From Candidatus Omnitrophota bacterium (GTDB taxonomy: Bacteria > Omnitrophota > Gorgyraeia > 2-01-FULL-45-10): 61,669 nt of DNA. The DNA lies in assembly GCA_029004355.1 (NCBI GenBank), contig JAQURV010000001.1, positions 1 to 61,669 of the forward strand, given 5' to 3'. Position numbers and translations under genes: made by a program. Position 1 is the first letter of the stretch, and every line of letters starts with the position of its first letter. The notes under the pieces were generated by a model that made no database searches, was not told the DNA's origin, and was given only the letters and a program-made list of their open reading frames with translations. Shown piece by piece: positions 54,614-61,669 of this stretch.

Positions 54614-56614
54614 ATGGCCGCATTCGCCGAAGTCGCAGTATCGCTCCCCATGGACAGGACTTTCCATTATTCTGTCCCTCAGAATTTATCCGAAACGATA
54701 AGCGTCGGTAAAAGGGTCTTCGTACCTTTTCTCAACAGGGCGATCGTGGGCTATGTGGTGGGCCTGTGCGATGAGGCGGACGTGAAGAACGTTAAAGCGA
54801 TAATATCGGTAATAGACCGCGAGCCTGTTTTGACCGAAGAGATGCTAAAACTGACCAGGTGGGTCAAAGACAATTATTTCTGCTCGTGGGGCGAAGCGAT
54901 AGCCGCGGTCATCCCCGCCGGGATCAAAAAAGGGAAAGAGGCGATAGGTTCCAGGCTTAAATCGGCCGACTATGAAAATGAAAAATTTCCGCAATCTACC
55001 CCGCATGACCTTGTCGAGGAACAGTCGAGAGCGCTGAAAAGCGTAATAGAATCGGTCGACAAGCATGAGCACAAGACCTATCTCTTACACGGCATAACAT
55101 CGAGCGGCAAGACCGAGGTTTATTTACAGGCTATAGACCACGTCTTAAAAAGCGGCGGGCAGGCTATAATGCTCGTTCCGGAAATATCCCTTACTCCGCA
55201 GACTATTGAGCGTTTTTCGTCGAGATTCGGGGATCACGTTGCCGTGATACATTCGCGCCTTACGGCCGCTAAAAAGTTCCTTGAGTGGAAGAGGATAAAG
55301 GACGGCAAGGCCAACATAGTCGTAGGGGCTAGGTCCGCCATATTCGCGCCCGTGAAGAAACTGGGGGTCGTAATAATAGATGAAGAACACGAGACTTCTT
55401 ACAAGCAGGATGACGTCCCGAGATACCATGCGCGCGATGTCGCCGAAGAACGCGCCAGGCTCAATAACTGTCCGCTGATCCTGGGCAGCGCTACGCCGTC
55501 GCTCGAGTCGTACTATAAGGCCAAAGCGGGCGTCTACAGGATGATAAAGCTTACGAAGCGTATCGATGAGCGGCTGTTACCGAAAGTCAAGATAGTGGAT
55601 ATGAGGATGGAGCTTGCGTCCAGGCGGCGCATTGAAGTATTCTCCAAGGTCTTGCTCGATGCCGTAGCGAATACGCTGACAGCCGGGAAGCAGGCCATGA
55701 TATTCCTGAACAGAAGAGGGTTTTCGACATTCGTGAACTGCAAAAAATGCGGCTTTGTAGTGAAATGCAAAAGGTGCGATACGGTCCTGGTCTATCATTT
55801 CGAAACAAAAAAACTGATATGCCACTACTGTAATTACACGACCAACGCCCCTGATATCTGTCCCAGCTGCAAGTCAAGCTACATAAAGTATCTCGGCCTC
55901 GGGACGGAGAAAGTCGAATCCGAGATGAGCCACAGTTTTCCCCACGCCAAGATAGCGAGGATGGATTCCGACACTACCGCGAAGAGGGGTTCGCACGACA
56001 GGATATTGGGCGATTTCAAGACAGGTAAGGCGAATCTTCTTGTCGGCACCCAGATGATCGCCAAGGGGCACGATTTTCCTCTCGTTACGCTCGTGGGTGT
56101 AGTCTCGGCGGATGTCAGTCTCAACATACCCGATTTCAGGGCGAGCGAGCGGACATTCAATCTTTTGACGCAGGTAGGAGGACGGGCCGGGAGAGGAGAA
56201 GACGGAGGGGAGGTCGTTATCCAGACGGACACGCCGGGCCATTACGCCATACTTGCCGCCGCAAAACACGATTACGACAAGTTCTATAGCGAAGAGATAA
56301 AATCTCGCAAAGAGCTTCTCTACCCGCCGTTCATAAACCTGGTCAAGGTGACTGTTCGGGCGAGGAATGACCAATTTGCCGCGCAGACGGCTATGGAATT
56401 GCAAGAGGCGATAAAGCTCGCGGATCCCGAGATGCTTATCGCCGGTCCGTCCCCGGCCCCGATCCTCCGGATGCGCGGATACTACAGGTATAATATAATG
56501 CTGAAACACAAAGACCGGCTCGCCATGTGCGCGCTCTTAAAGAAGGTCCTGAACTCATTCAGGAAGCCTCACGGTATATTGATAGCCGTTGACGTCGATC
56601 CGGTGGCAATGTAG
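54614..56614 (+). CDS. priA: Primosomal protein N' (replication restart helicase)
   Basis: 666 aa with Walker A GITSSGKTEVY and DEEH. The Cys-rich zinc region is CKKCGFVVKCKRCDTVLVYHFETKKLICHYCNYTTNAPDICPSC. Confidence 0.95.
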   Translation: MAAFAEVAVSLPMDRTFHYSVPQNLSETISVGKRVFVPFLNRAIVGYVVGLCDEADVKNVKAIISVIDREPVLTEEMLKLTRWVKDNYFCSWGEAIAAVIPAGIKKGKEAIGSRLKSADYENEKFPQSTPHDLVEEQSRALKSVIESVDKHEHKTYLLHGITSSGKTEVYLQAIDHVLKSGGQAIMLVPEISLTPQTIERFSSRFGDHVAVIHSRLTAAKKFLEWKRIKDGKANIVVGARSAIFAPVKKLGVVIIDEEHETSYKQDDVPRYHARDVAEERARLNNCPLILGSATPSLESYYKAKAGVYRMIKLTKRIDERLLPKVKIVDMRMELASRRRIEVFSKVLLDAVANTLTAGKQAMIFLNRRGFSTFVNCKKCGFVVKCKRCDTVLVYHFETKKLICHYCNYTTNAPDICPSCKSSYIKYLGLGTEKVESEMSHSFPHAKIARMDSDTTAKRGSHDRILGDFKTGKANLLVGTQMIAKGHDFPLVTLVGVVSADVSLNIPDFRASERTFNLLTQVGGRAGRGEDGGEVVIQTDTPGHYAILAAAKHDYDKFYSEEIKSRKELLYPPFINLVKVTVRARNDQFAAQTAMELQEAIKLADPEMLIAGPSPAPILRMRGYYRYNIMLKHKDRLAMCALLKKVLNSFRKPHGILIAVDVDPVAM

Positions 56615-56624
56615 AATGAGGGAA

Positions 56625-56893
56625 GTAAAATTTTTCGTTCCGCGAAGGAATCCTCTTTCGGGATTGTGCTTCGCGTGATCGCAAAATTTTCCCCACCGTG
56701 GAAAATTTTGCTCGATAAAATTGCTCGCTCTTTTTAGCATAAGGTAATGCGACGGCTAAAAAACCATGGCCGCTCGCAATTTTAACGTCCCGCTCAGCAC
56801 GAATCCCTACGAGGATTCCTTCTGAGTTTTCGAAAAATATTACTAGGGAGACTGGATCGCCACATCACATTACTCCGGAACGAAAAATTTTAC
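56625..56893. repeat. Nested inverted-repeat element (MITE-like or structured RNA) in an AT-rich spacer
   Basis: An 18-bp perfect inverted repeat: GTAAAATTTTTCGTTCCG (56625-56642) and CGGAACGAAAAATTTTAC (56876-56893). A 12-bp perfect inverted repeat: GAAGGAATCCTC (56644-56655) and GAGGATTCCTTC (56811-56822). A central perfect hairpin: GCAAAATTTTCC (56681-56692) and GGAAAATTTTGC (56700-56711). All were read directly from the sequence. Confidence 0.7.
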
Positions 56894-56957
56894 CAGGTTG
56901 AGCATGTTAATCTTGGTAAAGCTAACCAGGTTAGAAATATGAGGAGCTGGTATAAAT

Positions 56958-57374
56958 ATGAAAAATAAGATGATATGGATTATGGTTATAGCGATAGCAG
57001 TGTGTTTTGTATCTTCCAACAGTATTGTTTTCGGACAAGAAGAAGCGCTTAATGCTCTCGGAAAAGGGATAGCCGCCGCAGCGGAACAAAATAAAATCAA
57101 AGCAAATGAGCAGAGTGCGATTGTCAATATCAAATTAATTATCGGTGCAATAGATCTATATCAGATCGATAATGATAAATATCCGTTAAGCGACAGCGAT
57201 CTTACGCCCTATTTAAACACGTCCTATAATGGTAAAGAAATGGTGGGGTACAGATATTCAATAGAATATAAGAGTGATGGATATAAAGTAATCGCAACCC
57301 CTGTAGAGCGTGGAAAGACAGGAAACAAAATTTTTACGGCTGAAAACGGAAAAAGTATTAGTGAAACACAGTAA
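56958..57374 (+). CDS. Secreted pseudopilin-like (GspG/T2SS-G-domain-like) protein with Sec-type signal peptide
   Basis: 138 aa and visibly AT-rich. The N-terminus MKNKMIWIMVIAIAVCFVSSNSIVFG looks like a classical signal peptide. The core NEQSAIVNIKLIIGAIDLYQIDNDKYPLSDSDLTPYL mirrors the GspG motif (..ALxxYxLDNGxYPTTEQGLxAL..). A GAGGAG SD lies upstream. Confidence 0.65.
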   Translation: MKNKMIWIMVIAIAVCFVSSNSIVFGQEEALNALGKGIAAAAEQNKIKANEQSAIVNIKLIIGAIDLYQIDNDKYPLSDSDLTPYLNTSYNGKEMVGYRYSIEYKSDGYKVIATPVERGKTGNKIFTAENGKSISETQ

Positions 57375-57391
57375 GTGGCAGTCAATAGCAA

Positions 57392-57418
57392 GTAGCTGAT
57401 GTTTAAAACGTCAGCTAC
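57392..57418 (+). terminator. Hairpin downstream of the pseudopilin-like ORF (weak terminator candidate)
   Basis: GTAGCTGA (57392-57399) pairs with TCAGCTAC (57411-57418) across an 11-nt loop. No clear T-tract follows. Confidence 0.3.
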
Positions 57419-57510
57419 GTTGTGGATAACTTTATAAATTAAATGCCGACACGAGTTTTAGTCGGAATTGGCACCAGGTGATGAAGATACACCCAGTTTC
57501 CCGATGCAGC

Positions 57511-57525
57511 TAGAAACAGTTTCTA
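57511..57525. promoter_or_regulatory. Perfect 15-bp palindrome upstream of fmt (operator-like)
   Basis: TAGAAAC-A-GTTTCTA at 57511-57525, with its 3' end 43 nt upstream of the fmt ATG. A CAGTTTC direct repeat occurs at 57494-57500 and 57518-57524. Confidence 0.35.
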
Positions 57526-57567
57526 TTGCGCGAACATAACGAGTTTTAGGTTTTAACAGGAGTACAC

Positions 57568-58509
57568 ATGAATATTGTATATTTCGGCACTTCGGAGTTT
57601 GCGTTAGAGCCCTTGCGGGCGCTATTGAAGTCACAGCACAAGGTCCTAGCCGTCGTGGCGCAGCCCGACAGACCGAGCGGCCGCAGCCTTAAACTGGCGC
57701 CGCCTCCGGTGAAGGTCCTCGCCCTCTCCAAGGATATCCCAGTCCACCAACCCGAGGACGCTTCCGGCATCGACTCGGTAAACTACCTGAAAGGGCTAAG
57801 GGCGGATCTCTTCGTGGTTATATCTTTCGGGCAGATATTACGGAAAGACCTTCTCGCAGCGCCAAAGCTCTACGCGATAAATCTGCACGGTTCGCTCCTT
57901 CCCAAATACCGCGGCGCCGCGCCCACCAACTGGGCGATAATAAACGGCGAAAAGATAAGCGGCGTCACCGTTATAAAGATGAACGAGAAGATGGATGAGG
58001 GCGACATCATGCTGAAACGCGATGCCGGGATAACGCCGGAAGAGACGAACATAACGCTGAACATAAAACTATCCGAGCTGGGCGCGCAGACTATCCTGGA
58101 AGCCCTCGACCTGATAGAGAAGAACAAGGCGGTCTTTGAAAAACAGGACGGTTCCAAGGCGACTTACGCGCCGAAGCTGAGGAAAGAGGACGGCCTGATA
58201 GATTGGGACGAACCCGGCGCGGTGATCCATAATAAAGTCCGCGGTTTTGTTCCCTGGCCGGGGGCGTATACGTATTACGACGGAAAGATCCTTAAAATAC
58301 TCAGGACGGAGGTAGTTGATATCGCCAGAGACGATCTCGAAACGGGCGAGGTGGCGGATATCATTAAAGATAAGGGCATCGTGGTCCGCACCGGCTCCGG
58401 CTGTCTCGCGATAAGACGCCTTCAGTTGGAGGGGAAGAAGGAGATGGACGCGGATGCCTTTGTGCGCGGGCATAAGATCGCGATGGGATACAAATTCAAT
58501 GACAAATGA
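57568..58509 (+). CDS. fmt: Methionyl-tRNA formyltransferase
   Basis: 313 aa with IVYFGTSEFALEPLRALL, VVAQPDRPSGR and NLHGSLLPKYRGAAP. An AGGAG SD lies upstream. Confidence 0.95.
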   Translation: MNIVYFGTSEFALEPLRALLKSQHKVLAVVAQPDRPSGRSLKLAPPPVKVLALSKDIPVHQPEDASGIDSVNYLKGLRADLFVVISFGQILRKDLLAAPKLYAINLHGSLLPKYRGAAPTNWAIINGEKISGVTVIKMNEKMDEGDIMLKRDAGITPEETNITLNIKLSELGAQTILEALDLIEKNKAVFEKQDGSKATYAPKLRKEDGLIDWDEPGAVIHNKVRGFVPWPGAYTYYDGKILKILRTEVVDIARDDLETGEVADIIKDKGIVVRTGSGCLAIRRLQLEGKKEMDADAFVRGHKIAMGYKFNDK

Positions 58510-58541
58510 CAAAATTCAAATGACAAATAAATCTTCAAATA

Positions 58542-58550
58542 TGATATAAT
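58542..58550 (+). promoter_or_regulatory. Extended -10 promoter candidate (TGnTATAAT) placed for a leaderless or near-leaderless transcript
   Basis: TGATATAAT at 58542-58550 ends 8 nt before ATG 58559. There is no Shine-Dalgarno in between. TGACAAA repeats lie upstream (58500-58527). Confidence 0.4.
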
Positions 58551-58558
58551 CACAAAAT

Positions 58559-59866
58559 ATGGCGAAGAAGATAGCACCAAAAGAACTCATCCAGCAGGAT
58601 TTCCATAATCTGAAGACGCAGGAAAGGCTATATACCATTCCGAGGGTGGAGGACCTTGTCTTTATGCAGTCGATAGAGGGCAGGGCCCACAACGGCGCGG
58701 GCATCTTTAATAAACGCACCTACGTTAACACCACCATGGAAGATATCGTGGGCGCGCTCGGCCGTTCCGCGAAGGTGGTCAAGTCCAAGAGGCAGGAACT
58801 GATCGACGAAATAGTCGAGTATGTGGACAGCGTATTTGCCGACGATCCGCGCGAAAGGCTTGTCACGAAGAACGGCAGGCCGCTTTTGGGGATACCGCAG
58901 TTCAAGGAGCGGACGGTAAATTACCATGACATATTGAAAGGGCTTTACCTCGGCGGGTTGAGGGACGACCCTGATATAAGGAAGAAGACCCAAGGCTTAT
59001 ACAGCATAACTATCGGTTACGGGAAATGTTATCTCATCAACATGAAGATAATGGAGGAGATGGGGCTTGACGCCGAACAGCTGGCCCACCAGGAGAACGA
59101 GGACAGGATAAACTATTTCAAGTCCTGCGGCCTTATAGTAGACGACGTAAAATCGAAACACAGCACGGCTAAACACATAAAATGGCTGTATATCCGTCAT
59201 CACGTAGGGCCGGGCCAGTCCGATGACGGCGCGATCGTCGCGAGCGGGCTTCTCTACAACGTAGACGTTGCCCTGGGCGTATTTTTGTCCGACGCCATAG
59301 ATACTCTCGAGAAATATGTGAATGTATACCGGGACCAGGATAAGGAACTCTCCCTTTATATCAAAGAAAATTATCCGTTTTTGGATCTCGACATAAAGGA
59401 TGTCCATGAATTGGCGTACCTGGCGGCCATACCGGCCGAGAGGGTCGACGAGATACCGGACAGTTCTTTAAGGTACCTTCTCGCCATAGACCAGGAGACG
59501 GGGCAGTCGACGCTCGAGACGCACCTCAATTTTATAGAGGGTAAACCGTTCGTCCCTATCGCGATAAGCTATAAAAGGATCCTGATATCGCAATTATACG
59601 ATTTCGTCAGGGAGAAGCTGAAGAGCATCAATAAAGAGATAGTCCTGAAGATACCGGAGGCATTTGCGAGGGAGCTCGACTCCTCCGTTACCAAGGTGAT
59701 GCAAAGAAAATTTATCACGGTGAGTCCGCAGACGTCATTAAAATCGGCTTTGGAAAAAGTCGAGGCGCGGAAGGGCGAGCTTATAATAGTGAAGGATGAG
59801 AACGGTAATATCCTTGGCGTGGTCAACCCGAGCGATTTCCTGGTATTTTTAAAAGGGAGAAGTTAA
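58559..59866 (+). CDS. Hypothetical protein with a single C-terminal CBS domain
   Basis: 435 aa. I recognised no family in the first ~370 aa. The C-terminal VTKVMQRKFITVSPQTSLKSALEKVEARKGELIIVKDENGNILGVVNPSDFLVFL is a typical CBS unit. Confidence 0.7.
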   Translation: MAKKIAPKELIQQDFHNLKTQERLYTIPRVEDLVFMQSIEGRAHNGAGIFNKRTYVNTTMEDIVGALGRSAKVVKSKRQELIDEIVEYVDSVFADDPRERLVTKNGRPLLGIPQFKERTVNYHDILKGLYLGGLRDDPDIRKKTQGLYSITIGYGKCYLINMKIMEEMGLDAEQLAHQENEDRINYFKSCGLIVDDVKSKHSTAKHIKWLYIRHHVGPGQSDDGAIVASGLLYNVDVALGVFLSDAIDTLEKYVNVYRDQDKELSLYIKENYPFLDLDIKDVHELAYLAAIPAERVDEIPDSSLRYLLAIDQETGQSTLETHLNFIEGKPFVPIAISYKRILISQLYDFVREKLKSINKEIVLKIPEAFARELDSSVTKVMQRKFITVSPQTSLKSALEKVEARKGELIIVKDENGNILGVVNPSDFLVFLKGRS

Positions 59867-59867
59867 G

Positions 59868-60905
59868 ATGCCGGAATTGAGGCGCGACCCGGTCATAGGC
59901 AGGTGGGTCATAATTTCTACGGAGAGGGCAAAGAGGCCGGACCAGTTTGCGCCGGCAGTGTCCGAGAAAGAGGACCTGCCGCCCGGAGAGAAGTGCCCGT
60001 TCTGTGAGGGCAATGAAGGCCTCACAGCTCCGGAGATCTCCGCCCTCAGGCGCCCGGGGAGCCGGCCGAACGGTCCGGGATGGGATATCCGCGTGATACC
60101 CAGCATATCCCCGCTTCTGCAGATAGAAGGCTCTCTCGACCGCCACGGCCACGGCATGTATGACCTGATAAACGCGCGCGGCGCGCATGAGATAGTCATA
60201 GAGTCGCCGCACCATCTAAGAGAATCCGAGTTGCCTAAGGAGCAGATGGTCAAGTCTATCAACGTTATACTCGACCGGATACAGGACCTGGAAAAAGACC
60301 GTGATATAAAGTATGTCCTTATCTTTAAAAATTACGGAAAGTCTGCCGGCGGCGGCCGTATCCAGCACGCCAGGACGCAGATCATAGGGACCCCCGTCAA
60401 TCTCAAGAGGGTCAAGGAAGAGCTTACGGGCTCCAAGGTCTATTATGACTATAAAGAGAGGTGTATATTCTGCGACATGCTGAAGCAGGAGATGCAGTTC
60501 GGCAAACGCGTGATAGCCGAATCCAAATATTTTGTTGCCCTCGCGGCCTTCGCGGCGCGTTTTCCTTTCGAGACGTGGATCGTGCCTAAGGAGCATTCCT
60601 GCGATTTCTATAAAGTGGACAGGGCGAAGGTACCGGACTTTGTGGAACTTATGAGGACCGTATTCGCAAAGATGCGCAAAGTAATAGGGGATTTCCCGTT
60701 CAATTTTGTCCTGCATACGGCCCCCTTCAGGCGGGACCTGGGAAAGCGCGGATACTGGGAAACCGTAGAATACGATTATCATTGGCATTTTGAGATACTG
60801 CCGATACTTACCCGTGTGGCGGGTTTCGAGTGGGGCAGCGGGTTCTATATAAATCCACTGCCGCCCGAAGAGGCGTGTAAATCGGTGAAAGAGGCGGTCA
60901 TTTGA
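59868..60905 (+). CDS. GalT-like (galactose-1-phosphate uridylyltransferase family, HIT superfamily) paralog lacking the nucleophilic His
   Basis: 345 aa with ELRRDPVIGRWVIIS and the CPFCEGNE zinc motif. The active-site position reads QHARTQ (H167-A168-R169; codons 60366-60374), where the downstream paralog has HPHSQ. Confidence 0.8.
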   Translation: MPELRRDPVIGRWVIISTERAKRPDQFAPAVSEKEDLPPGEKCPFCEGNEGLTAPEISALRRPGSRPNGPGWDIRVIPSISPLLQIEGSLDRHGHGMYDLINARGAHEIVIESPHHLRESELPKEQMVKSINVILDRIQDLEKDRDIKYVLIFKNYGKSAGGGRIQHARTQIIGTPVNLKRVKEELTGSKVYYDYKERCIFCDMLKQEMQFGKRVIAESKYFVALAAFAARFPFETWIVPKEHSCDFYKVDRAKVPDFVELMRTVFAKMRKVIGDFPFNFVLHTAPFRRDLGKRGYWETVEYDYHWHFEILPILTRVAGFEWGSGFYINPLPPEEACKSVKEAVI

Positions 60906-60908
60906 TAT

Positions 60909-61669
60909 ATGAACGAACTTAGACGCGATCCAATAACCGCAAGATGGATCATCGTCCCTATGGATAAAGAGACGAGCGTATCCGATTTTGTCACGGAGCA
61001 GCATACGAAGAACAAGGAATCCTGTCCGCTCTGTTACGGGAGCGAAATGCAGACGCCGCCGGAGATAGTTGCGCACCGGAAGTACGGCGGGCCCAATACT
61101 CCCAACTGGACGGTCAGGGTCGTCCCGAATAAATTCCCGGCGCTTCGTATAGAAGGGGAATTGGAGAGGCAGGGCGTCGGGATGTTCGACATGATGAACG
61201 GAGTGGGGGCGCATGAAGTCATAGTAGATACCCCGGACCATTTCAGGGACATGGCGGACCTGACACATGCCGAAACGGAAGAGGTCATCTGGGCCTACAG
61301 GGCCAGGTCGCTCGACCTGAGGCGGGATAACCGGTTCAAATATATCCTCGTATTCAAGAATTACGGGAGATCGGCCGGCGCTTCGCTGGAACATCCGCAT
61401 AGCCAGCTCATAGCGCTGCCCATCGTCCCTAAAAGGGTCCACGAAGAGATGGAAGGTGCCGCCAAATACTACGATTATAAGGAGAGATGCGTATTCTGCG
61501 ACATAATACGGGAAGAACTGGAAGAGACCGACAGGATAATATATAATGATGAAAGGTTCGTGGCCTTCTGTCCGTATGTTTCGCGTTTCGCTTACGAGGT
61601 GTGGATATTGCCTAAGAAGCACGCCTCCGACTTCGCTAATATAGACAGGGACAGCATAGCCTGCTTTGC
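60909..61669 (+). CDS. galT: GalT-like nucleotidyltransferase (galactose-1-phosphate uridylyltransferase family), 3' end outside window
   Basis: This ORF is not in the supplied track because it is open at the window edge. My hand translation gives MNELRRDPITARWIIVP..CPLCYGSE..FKNYGRSAGASLEHPHSQLIALP.., with canonical HPH at 61392-61400. Confidence 0.8.
   Translation, partial: MNELRRDPITARWIIVPMDKETSVSDFVTEQHTKNKESCPLCYGSEMQTPPEIVAHRKYGGPNTPNWTVRVVPNKFPALRIEGELERQGVGMFDMMNGVGAHEVIVDTPDHFRDMADLTHAETEEVIWAYRARSLDLRRDNRFKYILVFKNYGRSAGASLEHPHSQLIALPIVPKRVHEEMEGAAKYYDYKERCVFCDIIREELEETDRIIYNDERFVAFCPYVSRFAYEVWILPKKHASDFANIDRDSIACF

Noticed and set aside
56641-56675. The first hairpin after priA as an intrinsic terminator.
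   Set aside because: The stem is reasonable (CGCGAAG and CTTCGCG, plus an inner GAATCC/GGATT pairing), but no U-tract follows. It also has a near-copy in inverted orientation 120 nt downstream, so I reported it as part of the repeat element.
56555-56740. A 61-aa minus-strand ORF spanning the priA stop and the inverted-repeat region.
   Set aside because: It overlaps the end of priA antisense and runs through palindromic DNA. It has no RBS and its composition is low-complexity. The repeat structure explains the region better.
100-61288. All other minus-strand ORFs in the track (60-244 aa; for example 5318-6052, 13199-13909, 40666-41349, 55874-56509).
   Set aside because: Each is fully embedded antisense in a + strand gene with recognisable family motifs. 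None showed a domain signature, and their composition is typical of antisense frames.
60216-61622. The longest minus-strand ORF in the window (468 aa).
   Set aside because: It lies antisense to two + strand genes that have clear GalT-family motifs. Its own translation is Arg/Pro/Leu-rich and has no recognisable motif. I treat it as a shadow ORF, made prominent only because the true terminal + strand ORF is missing from the track.
1-61669. CRISPR arrays, tRNA/rRNA genes, transposases, integrases, prophage genes or toxin-antitoxin/defence modules.
   Set aside because: I found no regularly spaced direct repeats, no tRNA-like T-arm motifs in the few spacers, and no recombinase, nuclease or toxin-like ORFs. 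PriA and UDG are ordinary housekeeping genes.

Overview
The window is 61.7 kb and every gene I can support is on the + strand, about 55 CDS in total. I found no rRNA, tRNA, CRISPR array, transposase or integrase. All calls come from motif recognition by eye on the ORF track and the raw sequence. I ran no database search, so family names are best judgements.

Positions 1-53949 form one very large, tightly packed surface-glycan or glycolipid biosynthesis array:
- about 20 glycosyltransferases (GT2, GT4, GT9 and GT28-like);
- 4 candidate GT-C-fold membrane transferases;
- 2 Dpm1/ArnC-like polyprenyl-phosphate sugar synthases;
- a WecA/MraY-superfamily initiating transferase;
- an O-antigen-ligase-like protein;
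- 2 DegT-type sugar aminotransferases;
- 5 SDR epimerase/dehydratases;
- a UDP-GlcNAc 2-epimerase, an AsnB-like amidotransferase, a NodU/CmcH carbamoyltransferase, GmhB, 2 SAM methyltransferases and a UGM-like flavoprotein.

The standout feature is eight divergent cobalamin-type (class B-like) radical SAM paralogs interleaved through this array. Two of them sit in a recurring triad of Dpm1-like GT2, radical SAM and GT-C.

A second notable block (38557-47357) holds four paralogous GT2 enzymes that share an uncharacterised polybasic C-terminal domain. They alternate with two WaaE/KdtX-like GT2 enzymes.

The 3' end (53940-61669) is housekeeping: family-4 UDG, priA, fmt and a tandem GalT-like pair. 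It is interrupted by an AT-rich insert that carries a nested inverted-repeat element and a Sec-signal pseudopilin-like ORF.

The last gene (60909-61669, GalT-like) is missing from the supplied ORF track because it runs off the window. I translated it by hand. Several ORF-track starts were trimmed to internal ATG or GTG codons that abut the upstream stop codon.
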